A DNA stretch of 54,694 nucleotides, from the NCBI GenBank assembly GCA_944359085.1, contig CALVSQ010000003.1, positions 1 through 54,694 on the forward strand, given 5' to 3'. Every line of letters starts with the position of its first letter. The first letter of the stretch is position 1. The notes beneath the pieces were generated by a model. That model saw only the letters and a list, made by a program, of their open reading frames with translations. It had not been told where the DNA came from and searched no databases. The position numbers and the translations under genes are program-made. Shown here piece after piece: positions 1-9,468 of this stretch. The DNA comes from an uncultured Bacilli bacterium. GTDB lineage: Bacteria > Bacillota_I > Bacilli_A > RF39 > UBA660.

Positions 1-73
1 AATTAAAATTTCAAAAAACCATGTAAAAGAAAACCCCACATTTTTTTCAAATGTGGGGTTTGTCTACAATCTG
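1..73 (+). mobile_element. Probable right end of an IS1182-family insertion sequence (rest outside window)
   Basis: GC-richer 13-bp inverted repeat aaaccccacattt/aaatgtggggttt (31-43/49-61) running into tttgtctacaatctga, which resembles the terminal IRs I recall for Firmicute IS1182-type elements; abuts a palindrome. No transposase in window. Confidence 0.5.
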
Positions 74-106
74 AAGATTAAAATTATATAATTTTAATCT
101 TTTTTT
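74..106. terminator. Perfect 28-bp palindrome plus T tract (intrinsic terminator / IS target)
   Basis: aagattaaaattat (74-87) / ataattttaatctt (88-101) followed by T run. Confidence 0.6.
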
Positions 107-171
107 AAATTAAATATTGCTTAAAGTAATAAAAAAATATATAATATTAAATATATGATAGGAAGGTGCTT

Positions 172-2343
172 ATGAAGAAAGCTTTTACACTAATAGAATT
201 ATTAGCAATAATAATTATTTTAGCAATTATTGCTTTAATTGCTACACCAATAATATTAAATGTAGTAGAAGATGCAAGAAATTCAGCAAATATGTCATCT
301 GCGCTGTTGATAATGAATGAAGGACATAATTATTATGCTTCATCAATGTTAGACGAAAGTAAAAAAGAAAAAATAGAAAAAGAACAAAATATTTATAATG
401 AATTAACTATAAATAATAAACCTGAATTTGGAGAATTATATGTCAATTCAAATAATGAAGTGGCAATGGCTATTTTAATTGATAATAAGTGTTATAAAAA
501 AACATATAAAGGCGAAATAGAAGTAGTAGAAACATCAAAATGCAGTTTAGGACAAGATGATGAAAAACCAACAGTTAATCAAAAAGTAGTAAATACAGAA
601 GCAAATCATAATGATTGGTACAAAGAAGATATATTTTTAGAAATAGAAGTAATAGATAAAGAATCTGGTCCAGCAGGATATAAAAGATGTATGGGACAAA
701 GTGAATGTGATCCTGATGAAACTATTTATAATTTAGATAATAAAGTATATATTAATACTGAAAGTTCTAGTAATTATGTATGTGTAATAGGAATAGATAA
801 TAATGGAAATGAAAGTGAAAAACTATGTTTAAATTATAAAATAGATAAGACTTTACCTAATATAGAAGGTATAGTTGACAAAGTAGTAAATAAAGGTGAA
901 GAAGTAGATTTAAAAGAAGGAATTACATACAGTGATCCTTTGTCTGGAATAGATGGTGAGTTAGTAATAGAACCTGATTTCATTGATACATCAATAGTAG
1001 GCACAAAAACAGTTATATATAAAGTAAATGACAAAGCTGGAAATACAAGAGAAATAGTGAGGAATATAATAGTTGATGCAGAAGCCCCTACAATAACATA
1101 TAATTTGGTTGATAATAGTTCAATAAATCAAAATGGTTGGGCTAAAAATAATTTTTTCGTAAGGGCAAATATTATTGATAATAGTGGAAGCGGAATAAAA
1201 TCTGCTAAAAGTTGTGTAAGTAATAGTAATAATGAATGTGAACCTATTGCTGATATAAGTGGATTAACAAAAGATTTTTATATAGAAGTAGAAGGAAATA
1301 ACAGATTATGCATAGAAGTTACTGATAATAATAATAAAACATCAAAAATTTGTAGTGATACATACAAGTTAGATAAGACAGCTCCGGTAGCTGGAACAGC
1401 AACATTTACAGGAACTTTAGGAAGTAATGGGTGGTATGTAAGTGATGTTAAGGTAAATATATTAAATGGAAGTGATAATTTATCAGGTCACTTAAGTACA
1501 ACAAGTAATATCAGTACTGTCACAACTGATACTTCAGGAACAACAGTTACAATAACTACTACCGATTTAGCAGGTAATAGTTCAAGTAGAAATTATGTCG
1601 TAAAAGTTGACAAAACCAAACCAACACTTGTTAATTCATGGGTAGGAACAGTATCTAATACGATAGCAAATGTATATATACAAGCAGCAGATAATTTATC
1701 TGGTATATCTAATATTCAGTGTAAAGTTGCCACTCAAAGTTCAAACTTCACTAATTGGACAAATTTTCCTGTTGTTTGGGATGGTGTAGCTAATGCATTT
1801 AGATGTGATGTAACACCAGCCACTTTTGGTCATTATTATCAAACATATATTGCTGATATATATATTTATGATAATGCTATGAATGGTGGTAAAGTCACTT
1901 CGAAACAATTAAATATTCCATTAAATCTAACAATTAATCCGTATAGTTCTAATGGTGGACTTGTTAGCATTCAAAGGCCAAGTAGTTCCACAACTCCGAC
2001 AATATTACAAGTACCTCCAAATAATAATTCGTATGTAGTAGCAGGCTTGATGATATATTATCCATTTAAAGTAAATGATGTCATTTGGATAGAATATAGA
2101 GTTGCAAGAACTGATGGTATTAATGGTCCATATTTGGATATCGCATATCAAACTCCTTTCCAAAATGAACTTATAGAAGGAGGATATGATATGACAAACG
2201 AAACAAAAAGCAAAAGTATTACAATCACCGCAAATACATCGGAATTATTAATTTTTTTCGCTAAAGCATCTACTACCGATCCGATTTATAGTGGTCAGGT
2301 GTATATAAATTATATAACGGTAAATGGATTGAAAATATTATAA
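172..2343 (+). CDS. Type IV pilin-like protein with Ig-like (DUF5011/HYR-type) repeats and C-terminal tip domain
   Basis: Class III signal MKKA|FTLIELL plus hydrophobic helix; repeated D-K-T-x-P...D-x-A-G-N beta-sandwich repeats; RBS ggaagg favours ATG at 172. Confidence 0.85.
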   Translation: MKKAFTLIELLAIIIILAIIALIATPIILNVVEDARNSANMSSALLIMNEGHNYYASSMLDESKKEKIEKEQNIYNELTINNKPEFGELYVNSNNEVAMAILIDNKCYKKTYKGEIEVVETSKCSLGQDDEKPTVNQKVVNTEANHNDWYKEDIFLEIEVIDKESGPAGYKRCMGQSECDPDETIYNLDNKVYINTESSSNYVCVIGIDNNGNESEKLCLNYKIDKTLPNIEGIVDKVVNKGEEVDLKEGITYSDPLSGIDGELVIEPDFIDTSIVGTKTVIYKVNDKAGNTREIVRNIIVDAEAPTITYNLVDNSSINQNGWAKNNFFVRANIIDNSGSGIKSAKSCVSNSNNECEPIADISGLTKDFYIEVEGNNRLCIEVTDNNNKTSKICSDTYKLDKTAPVAGTATFTGTLGSNGWYVSDVKVNILNGSDNLSGHLSTTSNISTVTTDTSGTTVTITTTDLAGNSSSRNYVVKVDKTKPTLVNSWVGTVSNTIANVYIQAADNLSGISNIQCKVATQSSNFTNWTNFPVVWDGVANAFRCDVTPATFGHYYQTYIADIYIYDNAMNGGKVTSKQLNIPLNLTINPYSSNGGLVSIQRPSSSTTPTILQVPPNNNSYVVAGLMIYYPFKVNDVIWIEYRVARTDGINGPYLDIAYQTPFQNELIEGGYDMTNETKSKSITITANTSELLIFFAKASTTDPIYSGQVYINYITVNGLKIL

Positions 2344-2402
2344 TTTATTTGATTTCAATATAAATGATTAACATTTACTTAAAAATTTTGTCTCATTAAT
2401 TT

Positions 2403-2432
2403 AAAAAATTCTATTTAAATAGAATTTTTTTT
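2403..2432 (+). terminator. Perfect 28-bp palindrome with T tract
   Basis: aaaaaattctattt/aaatagaatttttt downstream of the pilin gene. Confidence 0.6.
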
Positions 2433-2461
2433 ATGCTATACTATTTATTGGAGATGATATT

Positions 2462-3670
2462 ATGGATATTAGAATTAAAGAAGCTTTAGAAAAAGAAAAA
2501 TTAAGACAACAAAATAATATTGAATTAATTGCTTCTGAAAATTATGTTTCTAAAGAAGTTTTAGAATTACAGGGAAGTATTTTTACAAATAAATATGCTG
2601 AAGGATATTCTGGTAAAAGATATTATGGTGGCTGTGTTAATGTTGATACTGTTGAGGATTTAGCTATTGAATATGTAACTAAATTATTTGATTGTAAATA
2701 TGCTAATGTTCAACCTCATTCTGGTAGTAGTGCTAATATGGCTGTATATAAAGCATTATTAAATTATGGGGATAAAGTAATGGGAATGAATTTATCTCAT
2801 GGTGGGCATTTAACACATGGCCATTCTATTAATTTTAGTGGTTTAGAATATGAAATAATTAGTTATGATGTTGATTCTAAAACAGAAGAAATTGATTATG
2901 ACAAATTGGAAGAATTAGCTTTAGAAAATAAACCTAAAATGATTATAGCTGGAGCTTCAGCTTATTCTAGAATAATAGATTTTAAAAAATTTAGAGAAAT
3001 TGCCGATAAAGTAGGAGCATATTTAATGGTTGACATGGCCCATATTGCTGGTTTAGTGGCAACAGGATTACATCCATCACCAATTCCTTATGCTGATGTA
3101 GTAACTTCTACTACTCATAAAACATTAAGAGGTCCAAGAGGCGGTATTATTTTAACTAATAATGAAGAAATAATTAAAAAAATAAATAAAATTATTTTCC
3201 CAGGTATTCAAGGTGGACCTTTGATGCATGTTATTGCTGCTAAAGCACAGTGCTTCTATGAAGCATTACAACCTTCATTTAAAACATATCAAGAACAAGT
3301 ATTAAAAAATATTAAAGCTTTATCTAATGTTTTATCAAATAATGGATTAAGAATAGTTTCTGGTGGTACTGATAATCATTTAATATTAGTAGATGTTACA
3401 AGTTTAAATATGACAGGTAAAGAAGCTGAAAGTTTATTAGATGAAGTAAATATTACTGTTAATAAAAATACAATTCCGTTTGATAAAGAATCACCTTTTA
3501 AAACTAGCGGTATTAGATTAGGAAGTCCTGCTATGACTACTAGAGGATTAAAAGAAGAAGAATTTATAGAAATAGGAAATATTATAATTGATACTTTAAA
3601 AGGTGGTAACAAAGAAGATTTAAAATTAAGAGTAAAAAAAATAACTGATAAATATCCATTGGAGGGATAA
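2462..3670 (+). CDS. glyA: Serine hydroxymethyltransferase
   Basis: [28 protein letters not shown] (PLP lysine), GGTDNHL motifs. Confidence 0.98.
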   Translation: MDIRIKEALEKEKLRQQNNIELIASENYVSKEVLELQGSIFTNKYAEGYSGKRYYGGCVNVDTVEDLAIEYVTKLFDCKYANVQPHSGSSANMAVYKALLNYGDKVMGMNLSHGGHLTHGHSINFSGLEYEIISYDVDSKTEEIDYDKLEELALENKPKMIIAGASAYSRIIDFKKFREIADKVGAYLMVDMAHIAGLVATGLHPSPIPYADVVTSTTHKTLRGPRGGIILTNNEEIIKKINKIIFPGIQGGPLMHVIAAKAQCFYEALQPSFKTYQEQVLKNIKALSNVLSNNGLRIVSGGTDNHLILVDVTSLNMTGKEAESLLDEVNITVNKNTIPFDKESPFKTSGIRLGSPAMTTRGLKEEEFIEIGNIIIDTLKGGNKEDLKLRVKKITDKYPLEG

Positions 3671-3671
3671 T

Positions 3672-4499
3672 ATGATATTAGATGGCAAAACTTTAAGTGA
3701 CAAAATAAAAAGTGATATAAAATCTAAAGTTAAAAATTATTTAATTAAGCCTACTTTAGCTGTTATTCAAATAGGCAATAATGAAGCAAGTAATATATAT
3801 ATTAATTCAAAAAGAAAAGCATGTGAAAATGTTGGTATTAATTTTATCCATGCTAAATTTGATGAAGATACAAATGAACAAGAAATTATTAATAAAATAA
3901 TTGAATTAAATAATGATTCTTATGTTAATGGTATTTTAATTCAATTACCAATACCTGAAAAATTTGATACATATAAATTGTTAAATTTAATAAATAAAAA
4001 TAAAGATGTCGATGGATTAACTGATATAAACATGGGTTTATTATTTAAAGATTACAATAATTTAGTTCCATGCACACCACAAGGAATTATTAAATTATTA
4101 GAAGAATACAATATAGATTTGTTAGGTAAACATGCAGTAGTCGTTGGCAAATCCAATTTAGTAGGTAAGCCACTTGCTATGTTGTTATTACAAGAAGGTG
4201 CTACTGTTACTATCTGTCATTCTAAAACAGTAGATTTAAAACAATATACTAAACAAGCTGATATATTGATATGTGCAGTTGGTAAAAAAGATTTAATAAC
4301 TAAAGATATGGTTAAAGAAAATGCTGTTGTTGTTGATGTTGGAATTAATAGAGTAGATGGCAAATTATATGGTGATGTTGATTTTGAAAATATTAAAGAT
4401 ATTGCTTCCTATATAACACCAGTTCCAGGTGGAGTAGGACCGATGACAGTTGCTATGCTACTTTCTAATGTTTTAAAAAACTATGAAAAAAGTTTATAA
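3672..4499 (+). CDS. folD: Methylenetetrahydrofolate dehydrogenase/cyclohydrolase
   Basis: GILIQLP, KDVDG, PCTP, GKSNLVGKP, TPVPGGVGPMT. Confidence 0.98.
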   Translation: MILDGKTLSDKIKSDIKSKVKNYLIKPTLAVIQIGNNEASNIYINSKRKACENVGINFIHAKFDEDTNEQEIINKIIELNNDSYVNGILIQLPIPEKFDTYKLLNLINKNKDVDGLTDINMGLLFKDYNNLVPCTPQGIIKLLEEYNIDLLGKHAVVVGKSNLVGKPLAMLLLQEGATVTICHSKTVDLKQYTKQADILICAVGKKDLITKDMVKENAVVVDVGINRVDGKLYGDVDFENIKDIASYITPVPGGVGPMTVAMLLSNVLKNYEKSL

Positions 4500-4504
4500 A
4501 AGTA

Positions 4505-4549
4505 TTGTCAAAATTGAACTAATATGATATTATTATATTGTTCAATTTT
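4505..4549 (+). promoter_or_regulatory. Sigma-A promoter of tRNA-Met embedded in a long inverted repeat
   Basis: TTGTCA (4505-4510), 17 bp, TG-A-TATTAT (4528-4533); IR aaaattgaac/gttcaatttt spans 4510-4549. Confidence 0.55.
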
Positions 4550-4551
4550 TT

Positions 4552-4628
4552 GGCGAGATAGCTCAGTTGGCTAGAGCAACTGGTTCATACCCAGTAGGTC
4601 GAGGGTTCGAATCCCCCTCTCGCTACCA
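4552..4628 (+). tRNA. tRNA-Met (CAT, elongator type)
   Basis: 77-nt cloverleaf GGCGAGA...TCTCGCT-ACCA; anticodon arm actgg-ttCATac-ccagt; resembles Bacillus elongator Met tRNA. Confidence 0.95.
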
Positions 4629-4640
4629 TTTTATAATAAT

Positions 4641-4667
4641 AAAAATCCTTAAATTAAGGATTTTTTT
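4641..4667 (+). terminator. Intrinsic terminator after tRNA-Met
   Basis: aaaaatccttaa-a-ttaaggattttt. Confidence 0.75.
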
Positions 4668-4752
4668 GGTTATAGAATATATAATAAGTTATATTTATTT
4701 AAATTGACTATTTATATGTTTGTATGCTACAATTATTTTAGTAGGTGAGAAT

Positions 4753-5439
4753 ATGATGGATTTAAAAGATATTAGAAGAAAAAATATTTTAATTTCATTA
4801 ATTATAATTATTGTTTTAGGATTAATAATAGGTGGGGTTGTTTTTATTGCATACAATGCTAGTAATGGTTTAAAATTTTTATCACAAAATGAAGAAAAAC
4901 AAGATTCTTCTAAAGAACTAGATGAAAAAATAAAAAAACTTATGGAAGAAAATAAGTATGATGTTAAGGAAACAATACCTGATGACAAAATTGAAGATAT
5001 TAATAAACAAATAACTACCGAAACCGATAACAAAAATAATATAACAGATGTAGAAACAAAAGATGAAGAAGATGATAAATTAAATAAAGAAGATGAATCG
5101 AATCCATATTCAGAACTTGAACCAGTATTTTATAACACTATTTATGGTAATGAAGGTGCGGTTAATAGTGCTAAAAATTATTTAAAATTTATGGCTGCTT
5201 CTAAAACAAAAATAATATCTTTTTTAAAAAAGAAAGGTTTTAATGAAGAAGAAGCAATATATGGAGCCGAAAATTGTGGAGCTGATTGGTATGATCAAGC
5301 TTTAAGAATGGCTATGTCTTATTTAAATGTACAAGAATTTACATATGAGCAATTAGCATTACAATTAATGATTGAAGGTTTTACTGAAGATGAAATAATA
5401 TATGTATTAACTGTTATTTATGAATCTAGTATGCAGTGA
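4753..5439 (+). CDS. Membrane-anchored Ltp-family protein (superinfection-exclusion lipoprotein-like)
   Basis: N-terminal TM helix, acidic linker, two C-terminal repeats AVNSAKNYL...GFNEEEAIYG and ADWYDQALRMAMSYL...GFTEDEIIY typical of the Lipoprotein_Ltp domain; RBS aggtga before ATG 4753. Confidence 0.75.
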   Translation: MMDLKDIRRKNILISLIIIIVLGLIIGGVVFIAYNASNGLKFLSQNEEKQDSSKELDEKIKKLMEENKYDVKETIPDDKIEDINKQITTETDNKNNITDVETKDEEDDKLNKEDESNPYSELEPVFYNTIYGNEGAVNSAKNYLKFMAASKTKIISFLKKKGFNEEEAIYGAENCGADWYDQALRMAMSYLNVQEFTYEQLALQLMIEGFTEDEIIYVLTVIYESSMQ

Positions 5440-5458
5440 TAAAAAATTTTTGTAAAAT

Positions 5459-5487
5459 AAAAAATGTAGAATTTCTACATTTTTTTT
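5459..5487 (+). terminator. Intrinsic terminator
   Basis: aaaaaatgtagaa-t-ttctacatttttt. Confidence 0.7.
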
Positions 5488-5511
5488 GATATAATTTAAA
5501 TAGGTGGTATT

Positions 5512-6498
5512 ATGAGTATCCTTGAAAACGATAATTTACAAAATCTTATTTTGAAATCATTAAAATCAAATTATGATTTTGGTTATTTTTGTAAATTATT
5601 TAAAGAAAATAAGTTTTTTGAATATTTTGCAAATTTATCTAATAAAGATAAATTTAACATTATATATTATATAAAATTAAATGAAAGAAATGGTAAAAAT
5701 TTAAATCAAAACAATGATGAATTTTATAATGAAGTAAAAAAATGGGAAAGTAGTTTACATGACAGATTAAGCAGTGAAAAAATTGAACAACCTGAATTAG
5801 AATTTATTATAAAATTAGTGGCTGATAGTATAATTAATAATAAAAATGTTGATAAAAATTTAATAATTAATTTAACTGAAAATTATATTTTTAAATTACC
5901 ATTAATGATTGCTGAAGAATTACCAATTTTATTAATGTATAATTTTTATTTAATTAATCAATTTACAAATTCAAAATCTAATATTGCTTTTACAACAGAT
6001 ACTTATACATTCGCTCATATTAAAAATTATGAACAACCAGAAATTGTTTTTATAAATTATGATGTATATCATCAACTTCTTGGATTAGAGCAAATTAGTG
6101 CACAAGACTATTATGAGATGTTTTGTTATCAAACATTTGCTTTGCTGCATGAATTTAAACATTTAAAGCAATATGAATATATGATTAGTCACGATGATGA
6201 ATATGCTAAAGTTATTGGATTAGACATTGGTGTTATTAGCTATGATTATGATTTTTATCAAGAAAATCATGATATGTTTTTTATTGAGAGAGAAGCAAAT
6301 GAATTTGGATATAAAAATTTAAACAATTTTTGTTATAATCTATTATCACAAGATTATATTGCAAAATTTATTGAGTTATCAAAAGCTAGCACTTTATCTA
6401 ATAAATTATCTAAAGATGAATTTAAGACTGGTTATGATGAAAGATGCAATCAAATTTCAAAATTGATTGCATCAGATGAAAAAGAACCTAATTTATAA
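5512..6498 (+). CDS. Hypothetical protein with zincin-like HExxH motif
   Basis: LLHEFKHLKQ followed by IEREANEFG (possible third zinc ligand); RBS aggtgg. Confidence 0.7.
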   Translation: MSILENDNLQNLILKSLKSNYDFGYFCKLFKENKFFEYFANLSNKDKFNIIYYIKLNERNGKNLNQNNDEFYNEVKKWESSLHDRLSSEKIEQPELEFIIKLVADSIINNKNVDKNLIINLTENYIFKLPLMIAEELPILLMYNFYLINQFTNSKSNIAFTTDTYTFAHIKNYEQPEIVFINYDVYHQLLGLEQISAQDYYEMFCYQTFALLHEFKHLKQYEYMISHDDEYAKVIGLDIGVISYDYDFYQENHDMFFIEREANEFGYKNLNNFCYNLLSQDYIAKFIELSKASTLSNKLSKDEFKTGYDERCNQISKLIASDEKEPNL

Positions 6499-6519
6499 AT
6501 TATAATAAGGAGTAGTGGT

Positions 6520-7035
6520 ATGATGTATGATGATTATGTAGTTTTTGATATTGAAACTACTGGACTTAACAAAGATTTTGATAAAATAATTGAAATAGGA
6601 GCTTTAAAATATAGAGATAATATTTTAGTAAGTGAATTTAATTATTTAATTAATCCTAAGATTAAATTGCCAGAAATAATAACAACAATAACTGGTATTA
6701 AAGATGAAGATTTAGTAAATGAGGATACAATTGATATTGTATTACCTAAATTTATTGAATTTATTGAAGATTTGCCTTTGATTGCGCATAATAACGAATT
6801 TGATTTAGGATTTATTAATGTTAATTTAAATAAATTAAATATGAATAAACTAAATAATAAAAGTGTCGATACTTTATTGCTTGCTAAAAAATATTTACCT
6901 CAAATGTATAATTATAAACTAGAAACATTAAAAAAGTATTTCAAGATTAATCAAGTATCTCATCGAGCAGTGGGAGATTGTTATACAGCAAATTATGTTT
7001 ATCAAGAATGTAAGAAAAAAGCTTGTTTGAAATAA
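6520..7035 (+). CDS. DnaQ/PolC-type DEDDh 3'-5' exonuclease
   Basis: VVFDIETTGL, AHNNEFD, HRAVGD. Confidence 0.92.
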   Translation: MMYDDYVVFDIETTGLNKDFDKIIEIGALKYRDNILVSEFNYLINPKIKLPEIITTITGIKDEDLVNEDTIDIVLPKFIEFIEDLPLIAHNNEFDLGFINVNLNKLNMNKLNNKSVDTLLLAKKYLPQMYNYKLETLKKYFKINQVSHRAVGDCYTANYVYQECKKKACLK

Positions 7036-7331
7036 AACAAGTTTTTATTATTCATTAATCTCTCCCATTTATCTTTAATAAATGAATTTCCTTTTAAATA
7101 ATTAATATAATGATCATATATTTCATAAGCTCTATTTTTTTGACATTCAGTTATTTTTTCTTTATTTTCTACTCTTGCTAGAAAATCAACTAAAAAATTT
7201 TTACATTGATTTTTTTCTAAATCAGTTATTTTTTTATAAATAGGATTAAATATTTTATTAATGTTTGTTAAAATAACGCCAACAGCTACAATTAGAGAAG
7301 AAATTTTAATAATTAAATCTATGATATTCAT
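7002..7331 (-). CDS. Small single-TM protein resembling phage lysis-module accessory proteins
   Basis: RBS aggtga; N-terminal TM then YEIYDHY..LKGNSFI, similar to the Y..Y..LGGNG pattern of small phage proteins found near holins. Confidence 0.55.
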   Translation of the reverse strand: MNIIDLIIKISSLIVAVGVILTNINKIFNPIYKKITDLEKNQCKNFLVDFLARVENKEKITECQKNRAYEIYDHYINYLKGNSFIKDKWERLMNNKNLFYFKQAFFLHS

Positions 7332-7441
7332 TTAAAATCACCTATATTAGATTATGAAAAATTAAATAATTCAATAATTTATTTTAACTATTTTCCTTTA
7401 CTTTATTGTAATTTTTAGGTATAATTATAATGGTGAAAGGT

Positions 7442-8140
7442 ATGCAAGAAAGATTATTTTGGTTATTAGATAATAAATTAGATATTATAAAAAATAAGAC
7501 TATATTAATAATTGGTTTGGGTGGTGTAGGAAGCTACGCTTTAGAAACTTTAGTGCGTACTTATTTTAATAAATTAATAATAGTAGATAATGATAAAATA
7601 GATATATCTAATTTAAATCGTCAATTAATGACTAATATAGATAATATTGGGTTATACAAAACTGATGTATGGTATGATAGAATAAAAAAAATTAATCCTG
7701 ATTGTAATGTAATCAAAATAACTGAGTTTATTACTAAAGATAATTTAAATTTGTTATTTGAAGAAAAAGTTGATTATGTAATTGATGCTTGTGATACTTT
7801 GGAAACTAAAAAAGAAATAATAAAATATTGTTTGAAAAATAAAATTAAATTTATATCATCAATGGGGATGGCTAATAGGGTAGATGCAAGTAAAATAAAA
7901 GTTAGTTATCTAGATAAAACTTGTTATGATCCTTTAGCTAGAAAATTAAGAAATTTAATTAAAAAAGAAAATATCAAAGGCAAGATTCCGGTTGTTTATA
8001 GCGAAGAACAACCTTTAAAAATGAATAAATTAGGTTCTATTAGTTATGTAGTTGGGACCGCAGGTTTATTATGTACAAATTATATAGTTAATGACATTTT
8101 AAAAGAGGTTAATAATGAAAGAATTAAAAAAAATAATTAA
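7442..8140 (+). CDS. tcdA: ThiF-family tRNA threonylcarbamoyladenosine dehydratase
   Basis: IIGLGGVGSY, SNLNRQ, DYVIDACD, SSMG, T.YDPLARKLR, IPVVYSEE. Confidence 0.88.
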   Translation: MQERLFWLLDNKLDIIKNKTILIIGLGGVGSYALETLVRTYFNKLIIVDNDKIDISNLNRQLMTNIDNIGLYKTDVWYDRIKKINPDCNVIKITEFITKDNLNLLFEEKVDYVIDACDTLETKKEIIKYCLKNKIKFISSMGMANRVDASKIKVSYLDKTCYDPLARKLRNLIKKENIKGKIPVVYSEEQPLKMNKLGSISYVVGTAGLLCTNYIVNDILKEVNNERIKKNN

Positions 8141-8615
8141 AAATTTAGATGATAATGTATTAGGTATTGGTTTATCTGAAGATTTAATAAAAGAAATTGA
8201 AAATAACGATAAAATAATAAATTGTAATTTATTAAATCCTTATATTAAAGGTAAAAAGAAGTTTAGTTTATTTAATAAAACAATTAAAATTAAAAAAATA
8301 AGGAAAATTTTTAAAAAGAAAAAAATTGATTATATAATTTGTAATTATGATGAAATTAATAATTATTTTAATACTTTTGTTAAAGATAGTGTTTATATAA
8401 ATAAAAAGAAAATATATTATTTTGGTAATGTTGATATTGATTTGTTAAAATATAAATATGGTAGATATGATACAAATATTATAATTAAAAATAAAAATTT
8501 GGTTGAAATAGATAATAGTAAAGCAAAAAATAATTTTTTAAAAGACAATTATTATCGTTTAAAAGATTTTAAGGATAGATTAATTGAATTAATTGGTGAT
8601 ATATTGATGAATTAG
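8115..8615 (+). CDS. Hypothetical Lys-rich protein
   Basis: ORF with RBS gagg, overlapping the tcdA end and co-oriented with the operon. Confidence 0.7.
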   Translation: MKELKKIIKNLDDNVLGIGLSEDLIKEIENNDKIINCNLLNPYIKGKKKFSLFNKTIKIKKIRKIFKKKKIDYIICNYDEINNYFNTFVKDSVYINKKKIYYFGNVDIDLLKYKYGRYDTNIIIKNKNLVEIDNSKAKNNFLKDNYYRLKDFKDRLIELIGDILMN

Positions 8616-8624
8616 GAGGATTTT

Positions 8625-9464
8625 ATGAAAAAAGGATTTACTTTAGCGGAATTATTAGGAGTTTTAGTTATTTTAGCAGCTATATTGTTAATAATTATGC
8701 CAATTGTTGATAAAACTATTAAAGAAGGTAAAGATGATTTATATGATAAACAAGTTAATTCTATTAAACTTGCTATGGAATTATGGCTAACAGATAATGC
8801 TAAATTAGATGAAGGAGAATATATTGTCATTACTCTTAGTCAATTAAAAGATGCTGGATTAATTGAATTTGATATTAAAAATCCTAAGACAGAAGAATTA
8901 TTTCCTAATGATATGCTTTTAACTATTAAAAATAATGATGGAATATTAGAATATGAAGTAGTTGATGCTGGTAATAATTTGGATGATTATGAATCCCTTC
9001 CAAGATTATCAATAAATGGTAATGTATTAACTTATGTAGAAATAAATACAGAATATATAGATCGTGGAGTAAAAGTTACTGATTCTATTGGCAATACTAT
9101 TACAGGAACTGTATCACAATCAATTTCGCCTGATTTAAGTATTTCTACTAAAGGAGTATATTTACAAAAATATTCTATGGATTATAATGGGTTTAGTAAT
9201 ACAGTTTATCGAACTATTATTGTAAGAGATACTATCGGACCTGAGATACTATTTTCTAATAATTTAGAGCTTACTTACGAAGAAGCTCAAAAATATGATT
9301 TTGAATCAGATATTGTTGTTAAAGATAATAGTGGCCAAAAAGCGGAAGTAACAATTGAAGATAATATTATGGATTTACCTGGTAGATATACAGTCAAATA
9401 TACTGCTATTGATACTTCAGGAAATGAAACGGTTAAAGTAAGACAAGTAACAATAAAGGAGTAA
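8625..9464 (+). CDS. Type IV pilin-like protein with two DUF5011-like Ig domains
   Basis: MKKG|FTLAELL signal; Y.D.GV.VTD and YTA.D.SGN.T...R.VTI repeats; RBS aggagg. Confidence 0.85.
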   Translation: MKKGFTLAELLGVLVILAAILLIIMPIVDKTIKEGKDDLYDKQVNSIKLAMELWLTDNAKLDEGEYIVITLSQLKDAGLIEFDIKNPKTEELFPNDMLLTIKNNDGILEYEVVDAGNNLDDYESLPRLSINGNVLTYVEINTEYIDRGVKVTDSIGNTITGTVSQSISPDLSISTKGVYLQKYSMDYNGFSNTVYRTIIVRDTIGPEILFSNNLELTYEEAQKYDFESDIVVKDNSGQKAEVTIEDNIMDLPGRYTVKYTAIDTSGNETVKVRQVTIKE

Positions 9465-9468
9465 CATT

